Positions 29,771 to 40,419 of a DNA stretch of 64,000 nt are shown here, in pieces. Source of the stretch: an uncultured Gemmatimonadaceae bacterium (lineage in GTDB: Bacteria > Gemmatimonadota > Gemmatimonadetes > Gemmatimonadales > Gemmatimonadaceae); contig CAWAGQ010000005.1 in the NCBI GenBank assembly GCA_963781585.1, positions 224,001 through 288,000 on the forward strand, in the 5' to 3' direction. Each line of letters opens with the position of its first letter. Within the stretch, counting starts at the first letter, position 1. The notes beneath the pieces were generated by a model that saw only the letters and a list, made by a program, of their open reading frames with translations, made no database searches and was not told the origin of the DNA. A program made the translations under genes and the position numbers.

Positions 29771-31396
29771 TCAGCGGCGCGACGCCCTCTCTCGTCGCAG
29801 GGCGCGGCCGGCCAGGACCCCGATCACCCGCCCATCCTCGACCGCCGGCCTGCCATTCACCCACACGTACCGCACCCCGACCGCCAGTCGCTCGGGCTCC
29901 TGATACGTGGCGCGATCCGCGTAGGTCGCGGTGTCCAGCACCACCACATCCGCAAAGTACCCCTCGCGGAGCATCCCGCGCGCCGCCAGCCCCAGCTCCT
30001 CCGCCGCCAGACTGCTGCTGCGTCGAACCGCCTCCGCCAGCGACATCACACCCTTGCCGAATACGTACTCGTGGAATTTCCGCGGAAACGTGCCGTACTT
30101 GCGCGGGTGACCGTCCGATCCGTCCGACCCCGTCATCACGAAATCCTGCCGCATGAAATTCACGATGTCGGACTCCTGCATGTTGAAGCTGGCAATGCCC
30201 GCACCACCCGTCATGATGATGTCGATCGCCGCCTTGATCGGATCTGCTCCTCGTGCTGCCGCGATTTCGGCCAGCGTCTTCCCCACCAGATCCGCCCGCG
30301 ATCGGTCCGTGATCAGAATTGCCGCCGCGCCGCCGCGGCGGCGGAGATTCTCGCGCATCTCTCCTTCCAGTCGCGCACGCGTCGCGCTGTCGGCCACCCG
30401 GCGCCGCAGGGAATCGCGACCCCCGGCTTCCGCCCACCGCGGAAGCAACGACGCGCTCACACTCGACCCGCTCGCGGTGTACGGATACTGATCGGCCGTC
30501 ACTCGCTCCCCCGACGCCCGCGCCGCGCGAATCATCGCGATGATCGAGTCGCTCATTCCCCACACATCCGTTCCGAGCGCCTTGATGTGCGAAATGTGGA
30601 CCGCCACCCTCGCCTCGCGGCCGATCCGCAGGGCCTCCGCGACCGCTCCCGATAACCCGATCGTGTACGAGCTCTCGTCGCGCAGGTGCGAGTCGTAAAT
30701 CCCGTCCGGCGCAATCTCTCGCGTCAGGGCGATAACCTCTTCCGTTGTCGCATAGCTCTGCGGAGCGTAGTACAAACCGGTGCTCATGCCCAATGCACCA
30801 TCGGCCATCGCCCGCCGTACCAGCACACGCATTGAATCGACCTGAGCGCGGGTCGGTGCTGCCGATGACATGCCGAGCAACCGTTGGCGCACGCTGCCGA
30901 ACCCGATATACAGCGCGGCGTTCGTACCGATCCCCTGCCGTTGCCAGCCTGCCAGTGCCTCGCCCACGTCTACCGGACCACCCCCGTCGTTTCCGGTGAT
31001 CGTCGTCGTCACCCCCTGCAGCAGATATGGCGCGTTCACGCGACGGCTATAATCACGGCTCGCCAGATCCGCCATCACGTGCGCGTGTGGATCGATGAAG
31101 CCCGGCACCACCACCAACCCCTCGGCAGGTACCGTCCGCACCGCCGTGATCCCGGCGCGCGCCGCGTCCCCGATGAATGCGATCCGATCATCCCGGATGC
31201 CGACATCCGCGATCCGCGGCGCGGCGCCGCTGCCGTCCACCACCAGACCACCCCGCACCAGGACGTCGAGGCGCCCGGCGCCTTGGGCGTGCAACCCCGC
31301 CGTCACACTCCACAAGGCGAGCGCCATGACCCCGCGTCGGATCGACGCGGGGACACCGGCACACCGACGGAGCGAAAAACGGGTCTGCGCCGACAT
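29771..31396 (-). CDS. N-acyl-D-amino-acid deacylase (amidohydrolase family), exported
   Basis: GGLVVDGSG, PGFIDPHAH, GMSTGLYY, SHLRDE, HISHIK, DQYPY, GSDG...HPR.YGTFPR. Start uncertain (31396 or 31327). Confidence 0.9.
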   Translation of the reverse strand: MSAQTRFSLRRCAGVPASIRRGVMALALWSVTAGLHAQGAGRLDVLVRGGLVVDGSGAAPRIADVGIRDDRIAFIGDAARAGITAVRTVPAEGLVVVPGFIDPHAHVMADLASRDYSRRVNAPYLLQGVTTTITGNDGGGPVDVGEALAGWQRQGIGTNAALYIGFGSVRQRLLGMSSAAPTRAQVDSMRVLVRRAMADGALGMSTGLYYAPQSYATTEEVIALTREIAPDGIYDSHLRDESSYTIGLSGAVAEALRIGREARVAVHISHIKALGTDVWGMSDSIIAMIRAARASGERVTADQYPYTASGSSVSASLLPRWAEAGGRDSLRRRVADSATRARLEGEMRENLRRRGGAAAILITDRSRADLVGKTLAEIAAARGADPIKAAIDIIMTGGAGIASFNMQESDIVNFMRQDFVMTGSDGSDGHPRKYGTFPRKFHEYVFGKGVMSLAEAVRRSSSLAAEELGLAARGMLREGYFADVVVLDTATYADRATYQEPERLAVGVRYVWVNGRPAVEDGRVIGVLAGRALRRERASRR

Positions 31397-31523
31397 GCCG
31401 GCCAAACTATGCCCCGGCACCGGCGGGAGTCAGGGGCTCCGGCCGGGAATTCCCACCCGGCCATGGTTGCCTCGTCGCGCACCGCTGCGCATCGTAGCCC
31501 ACTCCCGTGACGAGACCAGCTTG

Positions 31524-33011
31524 ATGCCATCGATCCGATCCACCCATTCACTCACCGCGCTGTCGACATCCCTGGCGCGGTCGACGCAGCGATCACGCGG
31601 CGTCCGCTCCTCCGGTGTCGGCTTGCCCGACCACCAGCTCCGCAAGGGACCCGCGCACCCTTGGCAGCGCGGTTGGCGCTTTCCCGTACTGCTCGTCGCC
31701 GCGCTGCTTGTTGCGCTTCCCGCAGGCCTCCACGCACAGCGACTTCGGGATCGTCTCTCTCAGCTGTTCATCTTCGGCCCGGGCGAGGAACCCTTGTTCC
31801 TGGCCGGAACCGCCACGGCTTCCAACCCGGACATCATCCGCATCCACGGCAATCACTTCGTCCCCTCCGCCGTGGCGGAAAATGGATCGGTCATCGGCTT
31901 CGTGACCGGCGCCCTGGCCTCGCGCGTGGCAAGTGTCCCCATCGGCGCGACCACCAGCGGCGAGACCTTCCGCTTTGAAGGCGGCGTGCCGGTCAGCACC
32001 TCCACTTCGGCCGGACCGGTATTCGCCGAACGAGCCCAGACGCTGGGACGCGGCCGTGTTCTCGCCGGCGTGAACCAGACCAATCTCACGTTCACCTCGT
32101 TGCGAGGCGTCCCCCTCAGCGATCTCCACCTCACGTTTACTCATGAAAACGTCAATTTCGACGGGTGCAGCGCGCAACAAGGAGACGACTGCGCCAAGAT
32201 GGGTGTGCCGGTGCTCGAAAACGATCTCATGCAGTTCGACCTCGGACTCGACATCCACGTCTCCGTCACCTCGTTCTATGCCACGTATGGAATCAGTGAC
32301 AAGGTCGATTTCGGCATCGTGCTCCCGCTGATGCGCACAACCATCAGCGGTCGCAGCGATGCTCAGATTCAACCCTTCGGCGGCACCACTGCCACGCATT
32401 TCTTCGCCGGCACCCCCGAGAACCCGGTCCTGCAAGCCAGTCGCACCATCTCCGGATCATCGTTCGGCATCGGTGACGTCGCCGCTCGTCTCAAGATCAA
32501 CGCGCGCCAGACCCCGAGCAGCGGCGTTGCCCTCCTCTTCGAGGCTCGCCTCCCGACCGGAGACGACGCGGATCTGCTCGGCTCGGGCCACTTCGGCGGC
32601 CGCGCGCTGGCCATTCTCTCATCCACCATCGGCTCGTTCTCACCGCACTTCAACGCGGGATACCTCTACACCGCCGACCGCACCCGGAATGACTTCGTGG
32701 TGGCCACCGCAGGGTTCGATCAACTGCTCGCCAAGGGGATCACCATGGCCGCCGACGTCGCCGGGGAATTCCAGGTGGGCGCGAGCAAGCTGCTCCTGCC
32801 ACGCCCGGTAGTGTACGACTCGCCGTTCCATCGCACGGTGAACCCCACGTCCATCCCCGACATTCGCGATGACGTCATCAATGGGAGCTTCGGGCTGAAG
32901 TACTCGACGCCGAGTCGCGTAACCCTGGTCGCCAACACGATCTTCCCGCTCAACGACGGCGGCCTGCGCGCACGCCTCACCTACACGCTGGGTATCGAAT
33001 ACTCCTACTGA
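31524..33011 (+). CDS. Putative outer-membrane transporter (MetA-pathway/SphA-like C-terminal barrel)
   Basis: Signal-like LLVAALLVALPAGLHAQ, GPVFAERAQTLG, GIGDVAARLK, RLPTGD...LGSG, and C-terminal GIEYSY beta-signal. Start uncertain. Confidence 0.7.
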   Translation: MPSIRSTHSLTALSTSLARSTQRSRGVRSSGVGLPDHQLRKGPAHPWQRGWRFPVLLVAALLVALPAGLHAQRLRDRLSQLFIFGPGEEPLFLAGTATASNPDIIRIHGNHFVPSAVAENGSVIGFVTGALASRVASVPIGATTSGETFRFEGGVPVSTSTSAGPVFAERAQTLGRGRVLAGVNQTNLTFTSLRGVPLSDLHLTFTHENVNFDGCSAQQGDDCAKMGVPVLENDLMQFDLGLDIHVSVTSFYATYGISDKVDFGIVLPLMRTTISGRSDAQIQPFGGTTATHFFAGTPENPVLQASRTISGSSFGIGDVAARLKINARQTPSSGVALLFEARLPTGDDADLLGSGHFGGRALAILSSTIGSFSPHFNAGYLYTADRTRNDFVVATAGFDQLLAKGITMAADVAGEFQVGASKLLLPRPVVYDSPFHRTVNPTSIPDIRDDVINGSFGLKYSTPSRVTLVANTIFPLNDGGLRARLTYTLGIEYSY

Positions 33012-33035
33012 TCGACGGACCGTCCGTCGCCCTGG

Positions 33036-34913
33036 CTAGCGTACCGAGACGATCGTCCAGCGGTCACCATCCCGGCGAAAGGTGGCACGAAACGCCACGC
33101 GCTGCTGCTGTTCCTTCCCCGCGGCATCCGTGTAGTCGTACATGCCACTCACCTGGGCCGTTGCCGAGGCGGCGTTGACCGTTGGGGTGCCCACCGACAG
33201 TCTGGCGCGCAGCGACCTCACCGTGGCAAAGAACCGCTGAAACCCGTTCTGTTGCTCCGCGCTGATTGAGGGATACACCGCCTTGATTGCCGTCAGATCG
33301 CGCGCTTCGATCGCCCGCGCGTACTCGGCCACCAGTGCGGCGATCTCCGCCGCCACTGTCGGTGCCTCAGGGACCGTGCGAGCCGGAGGCGGTGCCGAGA
33401 CCTTGGGCGGTGACACCACCGGCGGCGGCCCCGCCCGCGGAAGTGCACTGTCCGGAGCCACCCGTGCGCTATCCGACTTCGTCGGTGCCGCGGACGCTGC
33501 ACTGCGCATCGTTCGCTCCGCATCCGACCACGTGCCCCAGGCCCTGTTCATCCCCGCCACCGCCTCTGCATACCGCTTCTGGACGACGAGCCGGTCCGCC
33601 GCGACAAGCTGCGTATCCCCCTCCGCCAGCTTTGCCGGCGTAACGCCGCTCGCGGCCGCGCTGGCTCGCGCCCTCATCGCCGAGGCGCGAACCTCCGTCA
33701 CAACCGTCACCATCTCCCCTTCGGTTCGCGTAGGTGCCGCCCCACCTTCGACGCGCGATGACTTCGGGCTCGGTGCAGACGTCGTCGGTGGCGGTGGCAC
33801 AGACACCTTCGATTCCGAGTCCGCCGGCGCGGTCGGCGGGCTCGTGGCCGTGACCGGAGCCGCGGTGTCGCTCCTCACCGGGCCACCCGTCTCCGCTGCC
33901 GGTCGCGAACGCAAGGCGTAGATCCACGTCGCTCCCACAAGCCCCAGCGCTCCGACCACACTGGCCACGATCGCGCGCGCCGAAGTCCACCGCCGGGGTT
34001 CCAGATCGGCTCGCGATCTGGTGCGACGCTCGCCCGTACGCGCCGCGATCGTCGCTCCCAACGACAATGTTGACGTGGGCGCGCCCGGGCTGAGCGCGGC
34101 GCGAATCGCAGTCAACTCGTTCGCCATCTCCTGCGCCGACTGGTATCGCTCGCCCGGCTCCTTGGCGAGGGCTTTCCGCAGCACCGGATCGAGGGCCCTG
34201 GGAAGTTCCGGCGCGACCATCGCCAGCGGTGGGGGATCCTCCGAAACCACCTTGAACAACACGTTGTGCAGGGACTCGGCGCCAAACGCTTTGCGATGCG
34301 TGAGCAACTCGTACAGCACAGATGCCGCAGCAAAGATGTCGGTGGCGGGACCGACTTTTTGACCGGTCACTTGCTCGGGCGCCATGTAGTTGGGCGTGCC
34401 GACCATGACACCGGTGGCCGTCATCTTCGTCGACTCCAGATGGGCCACGCCAAAGTCCATGATCTTCCCGCGACCATCCTCCGTCACCCGGATGTTCGCC
34501 GGCTTGATGTCGCGGTGCACGATGCCGCCGCGATGCGCATACGTCAGGCCGACCAGTACATCGATCATGATCCCGAGCTTGTCGTCGAGCGACATTGGAA
34601 TCCGCTGCTCGATCATCTCCTCCAGATCGATGCCATCCACGTATTCCATCGCGATGTACAGGTGGCCGTCCACCTCCCCGAAGTCGTAGATCGTGACCAC
34701 GTTCGGGTGCTGCAGCGACCCGGCGGCCTGTGCCTCGCGCATGAATCGGTCGCGCAACGAGAGATCCCGCGCGATCGCATCGCTCATCACCTTCACGGCC
34801 ACCGTGCGGTTGAGCACTGGGTCGAGCGCGCGATACACGTTGCCCATCGCACCCTCTCCCACCAGCTCGAGGATCTGATACTTGCCGACGAAAGTGGCTG
34901 GGGCGTTTGCCAT
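33036..34913 (-). CDS. Hanks-type Ser/Thr kinase with TM helix and C-terminal SnoaL/NTF2-like domain
   Basis: GEGAMG, VAVK, HRDIKPAN, DFG, GTPNYMAPE; one TM segment, Pro/Ser/Ala linker, C-terminal YARAIEARD...FRRDGDRWTI. Confidence 0.95.
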   Translation of the reverse strand: MANAPATFVGKYQILELVGEGAMGNVYRALDPVLNRTVAVKVMSDAIARDLSLRDRFMREAQAAGSLQHPNVVTIYDFGEVDGHLYIAMEYVDGIDLEEMIEQRIPMSLDDKLGIMIDVLVGLTYAHRGGIVHRDIKPANIRVTEDGRGKIMDFGVAHLESTKMTATGVMVGTPNYMAPEQVTGQKVGPATDIFAAASVLYELLTHRKAFGAESLHNVLFKVVSEDPPPLAMVAPELPRALDPVLRKALAKEPGERYQSAQEMANELTAIRAALSPGAPTSTLSLGATIAARTGERRTRSRADLEPRRWTSARAIVASVVGALGLVGATWIYALRSRPAAETGGPVRSDTAAPVTATSPPTAPADSESKVSVPPPPTTSAPSPKSSRVEGGAAPTRTEGEMVTVVTEVRASAMRARASAAASGVTPAKLAEGDTQLVAADRLVVQKRYAEAVAGMNRAWGTWSDAERTMRSAASAAPTKSDSARVAPDSALPRAGPPPVVSPPKVSAPPPARTVPEAPTVAAEIAALVAEYARAIEARDLTAIKAVYPSISAEQQNGFQRFFATVRSLRARLSVGTPTVNAASATAQVSGMYDYTDAAGKEQQQRVAFRATFRRDGDRWTIVSVR

Positions 34914-35127
34914 GGCGCGGATGAGCGGGAACATCCCGGACGTAGTCCGGGACGTTTATAGTGGGCGCACCGCTCCCCGCTCGCAACCGTGGCCCTGAGG
35001 GCGGAACAGTGGTCGCCGGAGGTTTCTCGCTGCCGGGGCCCGCGCCTCTGGAGACCGACCCGTTCCCGCCCGACCGGCACCGCGACCGCCGCGGCCCGCT
35101 GTCGGGGCTCGGCCGTCGCCCTCTGCG

Positions 35128-35496
35128 TTAGGCGACGAGAATCCTCAGCTGGATGTGGTCACCGGGGTCGATCAGCACATCGCGGCTGCTGATCGTGACC
35201 TGCGCTCCGAATCGCCGCACCATGAAGCGCATCGACGATCGCGCCCGCGTCAGCGATCGCGGCAGCGTGAAGGTTGTCTTCTGCATCGCGTGGACCACCC
35301 CGAGCTCCGTTGGAAGCCCCCCGTACACCACGTACACCACCATGTCATCGAGACGCTCGTTGCGCACCTCGAGCACGGTCTTCGTCGAGTCGACTGGATC
35401 CGGGGTGGTCGTCTCGACGATCACGGATTGCGCCCGCGCCGTCCCGCCAATCGACGCGACCGCCACGAGCGCCAGCATCGCAACAAGGGGCCGCAT
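35128..35496 (-). CDS. Exported hypothetical protein
   Basis: GGAGG RBS, signal peptide ending ARA-Q, beta-rich mature part (LEVRN...VVYV...LGVV). Confidence 0.75.
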   Translation of the reverse strand: MRPLVAMLALVAVASIGGTARAQSVIVETTTPDPVDSTKTVLEVRNERLDDMVVYVVYGGLPTELGVVHAMQKTTFTLPRSLTRARSSMRFMVRRFGAQVTISSRDVLIDPGDHIQLRILVA

Positions 35497-35741
35497 GGTA
35501 CCTCCCCGGTTTTTTTGGGATGGAACCTCGGCGGTTGTCTACCCCACCCTCGTTGTATGGGTTTCGATCCGGCGCGACCCCGGGAGTCCGTTCGCGTCCA
35601 TTGGTGTCCTGCATCACGCCTGTATGGCGATGCGGCGTCGGGGTTTGACCCATGGCCACCGGCCTTTCGTTCCTGCTTCCCGGCCGAGCCTCGAACAGGC
35701 GGAGATTCCGCCTGGCACGCGCGCAGGATCGACCCTCCCAG

Positions 35742-35813
35742 AGGCGCGGGCCGGAATCGAACCGGCGAATGGGAGTTTTGCAGACTCCTGCCTTACCACT
35801 TGGCTACCGCGCC
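35742..35813 (-). tRNA. tRNA-Cys(GCA), CCA not encoded
   Basis: Reverse complement GGCGCGG-TAGCCAAGTGGTAAGGCA-GGAGT-CT-GCA-AA-ACTCC-CATTC-GCCGG-TTCGATT-CCGGC-CCGCGCC-T folds as a cloverleaf with a U discriminator. Confidence 0.97.
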
Positions 35814-36003
35814 CGGACCACGGCAAGCTAGAGTCGACCCGACCCTTCCTCAAGCGTTCACACCCCGTGCGCAAGGCGGATCGTCCCGAACACGCGTCCG
35901 AAAGGACAGGGTTTTCAGCAGGCCGACCGGCACTGCCTGGTGTTCTGCGCCCTGTCGTCACGGCATTTTGCTGAGCGGGGCCCGGACTGCAGTTCCGATT
36001 CCC

Positions 36004-37011
36004 ATGTCGAGCACCCACCCATCTCCTCCGTCCCGACCGGCATTGCCGTCTTCCGCCTCCCCGCTACTGGTGTCCACCGCAGCCATCCGCGAAGCCCGAG
36101 ACACGATAGGCACGCGACTGCACCGCACACCCCTCGTCGGCTCGAGTTACCTCAGCCACGCCGTGGGTGCCAATGTCTCTCTCAAACTCGAGCTCTTTCA
36201 GAAGACGGGTTCTTTCAAGCCCCGCGGCGTACTCAACGCCCTGGCCGCCCTCGATGTCGCTTCGCGCGGTCGTGGCGTCATCTCCCTCTCCGCGGGAAAC
36301 CACGCCCAGGCGCTGGCCTGGGGCGCCACGACGCTCGGTATCCGCAGTACCATCATCATGCCGGCGACCGCCGCGCGATCCAAGGTCGACGCGACTCGCG
36401 CCTACGGCGGCCAAGTCGTCCAGACCCAGGATGACCTGCTCGCCACGGCGCTTCAGTTCCAACGTGATCGTCACCTCACCATGGTGCATCCGTTCGACGA
36501 TCCGCGGATTATCGCCGGACAGGGTACCGTAGGGCTTGAAATCCTTGAAGATGCGCCGGACGTGGACGTCGTAATCGTGGGCTGCGGTGGGGGCGGCCTC
36601 CTCTCCGGCGTCGCTGCGGCAATCAAGCAAGCGCGTCCGACCGCATACATCGTGGGCGTCGAGCCGGCCGGCGCGGATGCCATGCGACAGAGCATTGCCC
36701 GCGGCCTACCAGTACGACTCGAGCGCATCGACACCATTGCCGACGGCCTGGCCGCCCCCTTTGCCGGCACGCACACGCTCGCCCACGCCCTCGCTTTCGT
36801 CGACGAGATCATCACCCTGGAGGACCGTGAAATCCTCGACGGAATGCGCGTCCTCATGCAGCGCTGCAAGATCGTCCCCGAGCCCGCTGGCGCTGCCGCA
36901 ACGGCTGCCCTCCTCACCGCACGACTGCCAATTTCTCCAGGGGCGCGCGTGGTCAGCATCGTGAGCGGCGGAAACGTCGACCTGTCCCGACTCGCCAGCT
37001 ACCTCCAGTAA
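36004..37011 (+). CDS. PLP-dependent threonine/serine dehydratase (no ACT domain)
   Basis: LKLELFQKTGSFKPRG, SAGNHAQ, GQGTVGLE, GGGGL, SGGN. Confidence 0.92.
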   Translation: MSSTHPSPPSRPALPSSASPLLVSTAAIREARDTIGTRLHRTPLVGSSYLSHAVGANVSLKLELFQKTGSFKPRGVLNALAALDVASRGRGVISLSAGNHAQALAWGATTLGIRSTIIMPATAARSKVDATRAYGGQVVQTQDDLLATALQFQRDRHLTMVHPFDDPRIIAGQGTVGLEILEDAPDVDVVIVGCGGGGLLSGVAAAIKQARPTAYIVGVEPAGADAMRQSIARGLPVRLERIDTIADGLAAPFAGTHTLAHALAFVDEIITLEDREILDGMRVLMQRCKIVPEPAGAAATAALLTARLPISPGARVVSIVSGGNVDLSRLASYLQ

Positions 37012-37051
37012 CCGCGTAGTCGGTTGACTGACGACCGACGCTCCCGTGGGC

Positions 37052-38062
37052 CTATCGGTTCCGGTGCGGTAGCCAGGGACCCTCCCACCTGGCATCCGTT
37101 CCGCGTACGTCCACGTGCACGAACGGTCCGCGCGGTCCCATCGCTGCGTACGTCCCCAGCCCACCGACCAGGTCAGGGAACCGGGCCTCCAGGCGCGCGA
37201 TGCCACTCGTGATCGGCCGAACATCGCCCAGATTCGATTTTCCGTCCCCGTTCAGATCGTCCATCCGCCCGTCACCATCCTCGTCGATCACGAGATCCGC
37301 GGCGTCACCGTACTGATGGCGACTCGCACGAGCCATGCCCTCCCCTTCGCCACGCTCGTTGTAGTACGGAGCCCGAAACCCGGACAGAATCACGGGATGA
37401 TCCGACGGATGGCCGTGCGCCGCGAGGTCCTCCAGAATGAGCTCGAGCTTGTCAATCAGTTTCGGCTCCAGAACCACGTACTTCGGCCAGACCGACTCCT
37501 GATCATGGGTCACGAACTCGCCCAGGACGAAATGGCGCGAGAGTCGAAGTGTGGCCGTCTCCGGCGTGACCTCGATGAAGCCATCGGGATTGAAGTAGTT
37601 CCGCGCCATGATCCAGCGCTCCGCTGGCCAGAGCCCGACACGATAGCCGTTGACGTATTCCCCGTGCTTGCTGCCAAAGGCGCGGAGCGTGACCAGGGCA
37701 AACGAATCGGCTCCCGCTGGCACGAAGTGCGCAGCCGGTATTCGAAGCGCGGATTCGCCGAAATGCGACAGAAACCCTGAGAGCCCCTCGGCGGCGGACG
37801 GCGTGAGTGTCGCAAAGAGGACCGCGCCACTGTGCCCCCGCAACGAATCCGGCAGAGCCATTGGCGCAGCCGCGCTGTCAGCAGTAGTGTCGCTCCCACT
37901 CTCGTCAGGCGCCATGAGCGTGCCCGTCGCGTGCGCTCCGCTACCCGATGCCACAAACGCGCGAAAGGCGGCGTATGCGCGCGTCGAAAGGACCACCAGT
38001 ACGATGGTGCCGGCGATGAGCGCAAAGCGGCGTTTCAACGTCAACCAGGACCGATGTCTCAT
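37052..38062 (-). CDS. Peptidase M15A-like (D-Ala-D-Ala metallopeptidase) protein
   Basis: LSRHF...EF, SGFRAPYYN, ASRHQYGDAAD and FVHVDVRG zinc motifs; N-terminal TM/signal. Confidence 0.85.
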   Translation of the reverse strand: MRHRSWLTLKRRFALIAGTIVLVVLSTRAYAAFRAFVASGSGAHATGTLMAPDESGSDTTADSAAAPMALPDSLRGHSGAVLFATLTPSAAEGLSGFLSHFGESALRIPAAHFVPAGADSFALVTLRAFGSKHGEYVNGYRVGLWPAERWIMARNYFNPDGFIEVTPETATLRLSRHFVLGEFVTHDQESVWPKYVVLEPKLIDKLELILEDLAAHGHPSDHPVILSGFRAPYYNERGEGEGMARASRHQYGDAADLVIDEDGDGRMDDLNGDGKSNLGDVRPITSGIARLEARFPDLVGGLGTYAAMGPRGPFVHVDVRGTDARWEGPWLPHRNR

Positions 38063-38244
38063 CCCCGACAGGCCTCTTCCTCAGCTGTATCTGCCATGCG
38101 GCGGGCGCGTGTCTTGACCCGCAAACGCTTCCAAAGGTCCCGGTGCCCTGCACGCGTTTGGCCTCCTCCGCGTCGAGCGCCAGGCGACGTCGTGCAAACC
38201 ACCCAGAGATCCCGGGTCCGATCAGCCGCCCTTGTGGCCCAGCT

Positions 38245-39919
38245 CTACCACGCCACGGCGTATGCCTCCCGCCGCGGATCGGCGCCCGCCAACCGCACTC
38301 CGGACCGATCGATCAGGATCATCTGCGCTCCTCCGAACTCGGCGCTGGGTGTCCTGCACTGTAACGTTCTGTCCCCGACGCTTCAGTTCACTGCGCACGT
38401 CCTCGGCAATTCCCGGTTCCACGCCAATGCGTCCGCGATTGAACACACGCCAGCGCGGCGCCTCAACAGCCTGCTGCGGTGTCATGCCGAATCGCCACAC
38501 GTTGTTCAGGATCTGGATCAGGGTCTGAGGCTGCCCATCCCCACCCGGAGTCCCGAACACCGCCGCGACCGACCGATCCGCATTCAGCGCCATGGCCGGA
38601 CTCAGGGTGTGGAAGGGTCGCTTTCCCGGCGCAATGACGTTCGGGTGTGAGGGATCGAGGCTGAACAACGATCCCCGGTTCTGGAGTATGATCCCCGTAC
38701 CCGGCACCATCCGCCCACTCCCGAACGCGGCAAACAGACTCTGAATCATCGATACCGCATTCCCGTCCTTGTCCACCACGCACAGATAGACCGTATCACC
38801 GCTGCCATCGAACGGTGGATTGCCCTGGGTGGGTGCGGAAATGGTGTCGGCCCGGATGCGGCTGCCCAGATCACGCGCGTACGCCTTCGAAAGCAGCCGG
38901 TCCACCGGAACAGGCGAGAACGCAGGATCGGCCAGGTACCGGTCCCGGTCTGCATAGGCCAGCTTGGCGCCCTCGGCCAGCATGTGGATGTACGCCGCCG
39001 AGTTCCACCCCGCGCGTGTCAGATCCGTCAGCTCGGCGAGATTGAGCATCTCCAGAAACGCCATGCCTTGCGAGTTTGGCGGGAACGCCAGCACGGTCCT
39101 TCCGAGATAGGTCGTGGATATCGGCTCCTCCCATGTCGACCGGTGACCCGACAGATCCGGACCTGTCAGGAGCCCTCCCTCTCGCTCCATGAACTGCACG
39201 ATGTTGCCGGCAAGGACTCCGGAATACAGCCCCGCCGAGCCATCGCGCGCGATCGTACGCAGCGTACCGGCCAGATCGTCTTCGACCAGCAGGCTACCCG
39301 GTCGCGGCGCTGCTCCATCCGGCAGAAACACCCGCGCAAGCGCTGGATCGGCTGCGACCTTTGCCTTCTCCTCCGTGATATCACGTGACAGCCGTGTGCT
39401 GACCGGGAAACCGCGCTCGGCATAGGAAATCGCCGGCGCAAGCGCTTGGTCGAGTGTGATCGTCCCGAACCGCTCCAGTGCATCCTCCCAGGCCCGCACC
39501 GCACCCGGTACGGAAACCGAGAGAATTCCGGTCGCCGGAACGGCCTTGAGATTGCGTTCAGCGAAGAACGCCGGCGTCGCTCGAGCGCCAGCTCGTCCGC
39601 TGCCGTTCAGTGCGTACACGCGACCCGTTCGCGCCTCGCGAATGAGCAGGAACGCGTCTCCCCCCACACCGTTCATATGTGGCCGCACCACCGCCAGGAC
39701 TCCGGCCATGGTGATCGCGGCATCAACCGCATTCCCCCCGCGCTGCAGCACCGCCGCGCCCGCTGCCGATGCGAGTGCATGGTCGGATACGACCGCCGCC
39801 TCTGATCCCATGACATCCGGACGCACCATTGATCGCTGGGCTCCGAGCATGCCGGAAAGACTCAGACTTGAGGTTAGAATCAAACCGCTGACTGTGGGTG
39901 GCCGCAGATCAACGTTCAT
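38245..39919 (-). CDS. ggt: Gamma-glutamyltransferase, with a single frameshift near the 3' end (about 38350)
   Basis: GGNAVDAA, GVGGDAF, catalytic GDT(VYL), LQNRG, PGKRPFHTL, GTPGGDGQPQ. The canonical tail FGGAQMI...GADPRREAYAVAW* is in the adjacent frame, ending at 38245. Confidence 0.9.
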
Positions 39920-40258
39920 TGAATAGTCTCCACACGTCTGCCGAGGGGTTGGTTCATAGCTTGTGCGTTGCTGACGCACGCGCAACCCATACGACCATCC
40001 CCTGGTCTGGGAAAGGGCCCTTTGGACGATGGGGCAAGCCACTCAACCCTGGCGAGCGGCTCCCACGAGCAGCCCCCACGACCCCGTAATCGATGCGGCT
40101 GGGGCACCGCCTCGGGGTTTGGCGATCCGAGTTGAAACAGATGTTTCCGTCGTTGACTTTGGCTCTCAACCCCACGTAAGTCATTTCGTGCAGATATGGC
40201 AAGTCGTGTTGCACATCTTGCCGAGATTGCGTTAATTCATGTCCCAATGCGAGACGAT

Positions 40259-40274
40259 TGGTGCGATATTTGCA
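40259..40274 (+). promoter_or_regulatory. Putative sigma-54 (-24/-12) promoter for the type III glutamine synthetase gene
   Basis: TGGTGCGATATTTGCA has GG-N10-GC spacing with TTGCA, in a lower-GC intergenic tract about 145 bp upstream of ATG 40420. Confidence 0.45.
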
Positions 40275-40419
40275 CGAAACGGCGATCACCAGTCCATGCA
40301 GACCGTTCGAGAAAGACACTATCAGCTCCCATTAGGCGACGGGAATCCCTGTCCCGAGGTCTCACAATGCAGCTCCTCGTTCACGCCACTTTCGGTCATC
40401 GCCTTCTTCCGGGTTCCCC

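Noticed and set aside
35500..35813. tRNA-Cys as the integration site of a genomic island
   Set aside because: No integrase and no duplicated tRNA 3' end seen in the window.
35155..36003. N-terminal extension of the 618-aa dehydratase ORF
   Set aside because: It crosses the tRNA and an opposite-strand gene; homology starts only after ATG 36004.
40197..40213. Second sigma-54 site TGGCAAGTCGTGTTGCA
   Set aside because: GG-to-GC spacing is 11 rather than 10. It would only be valid if one base is an insertion error.
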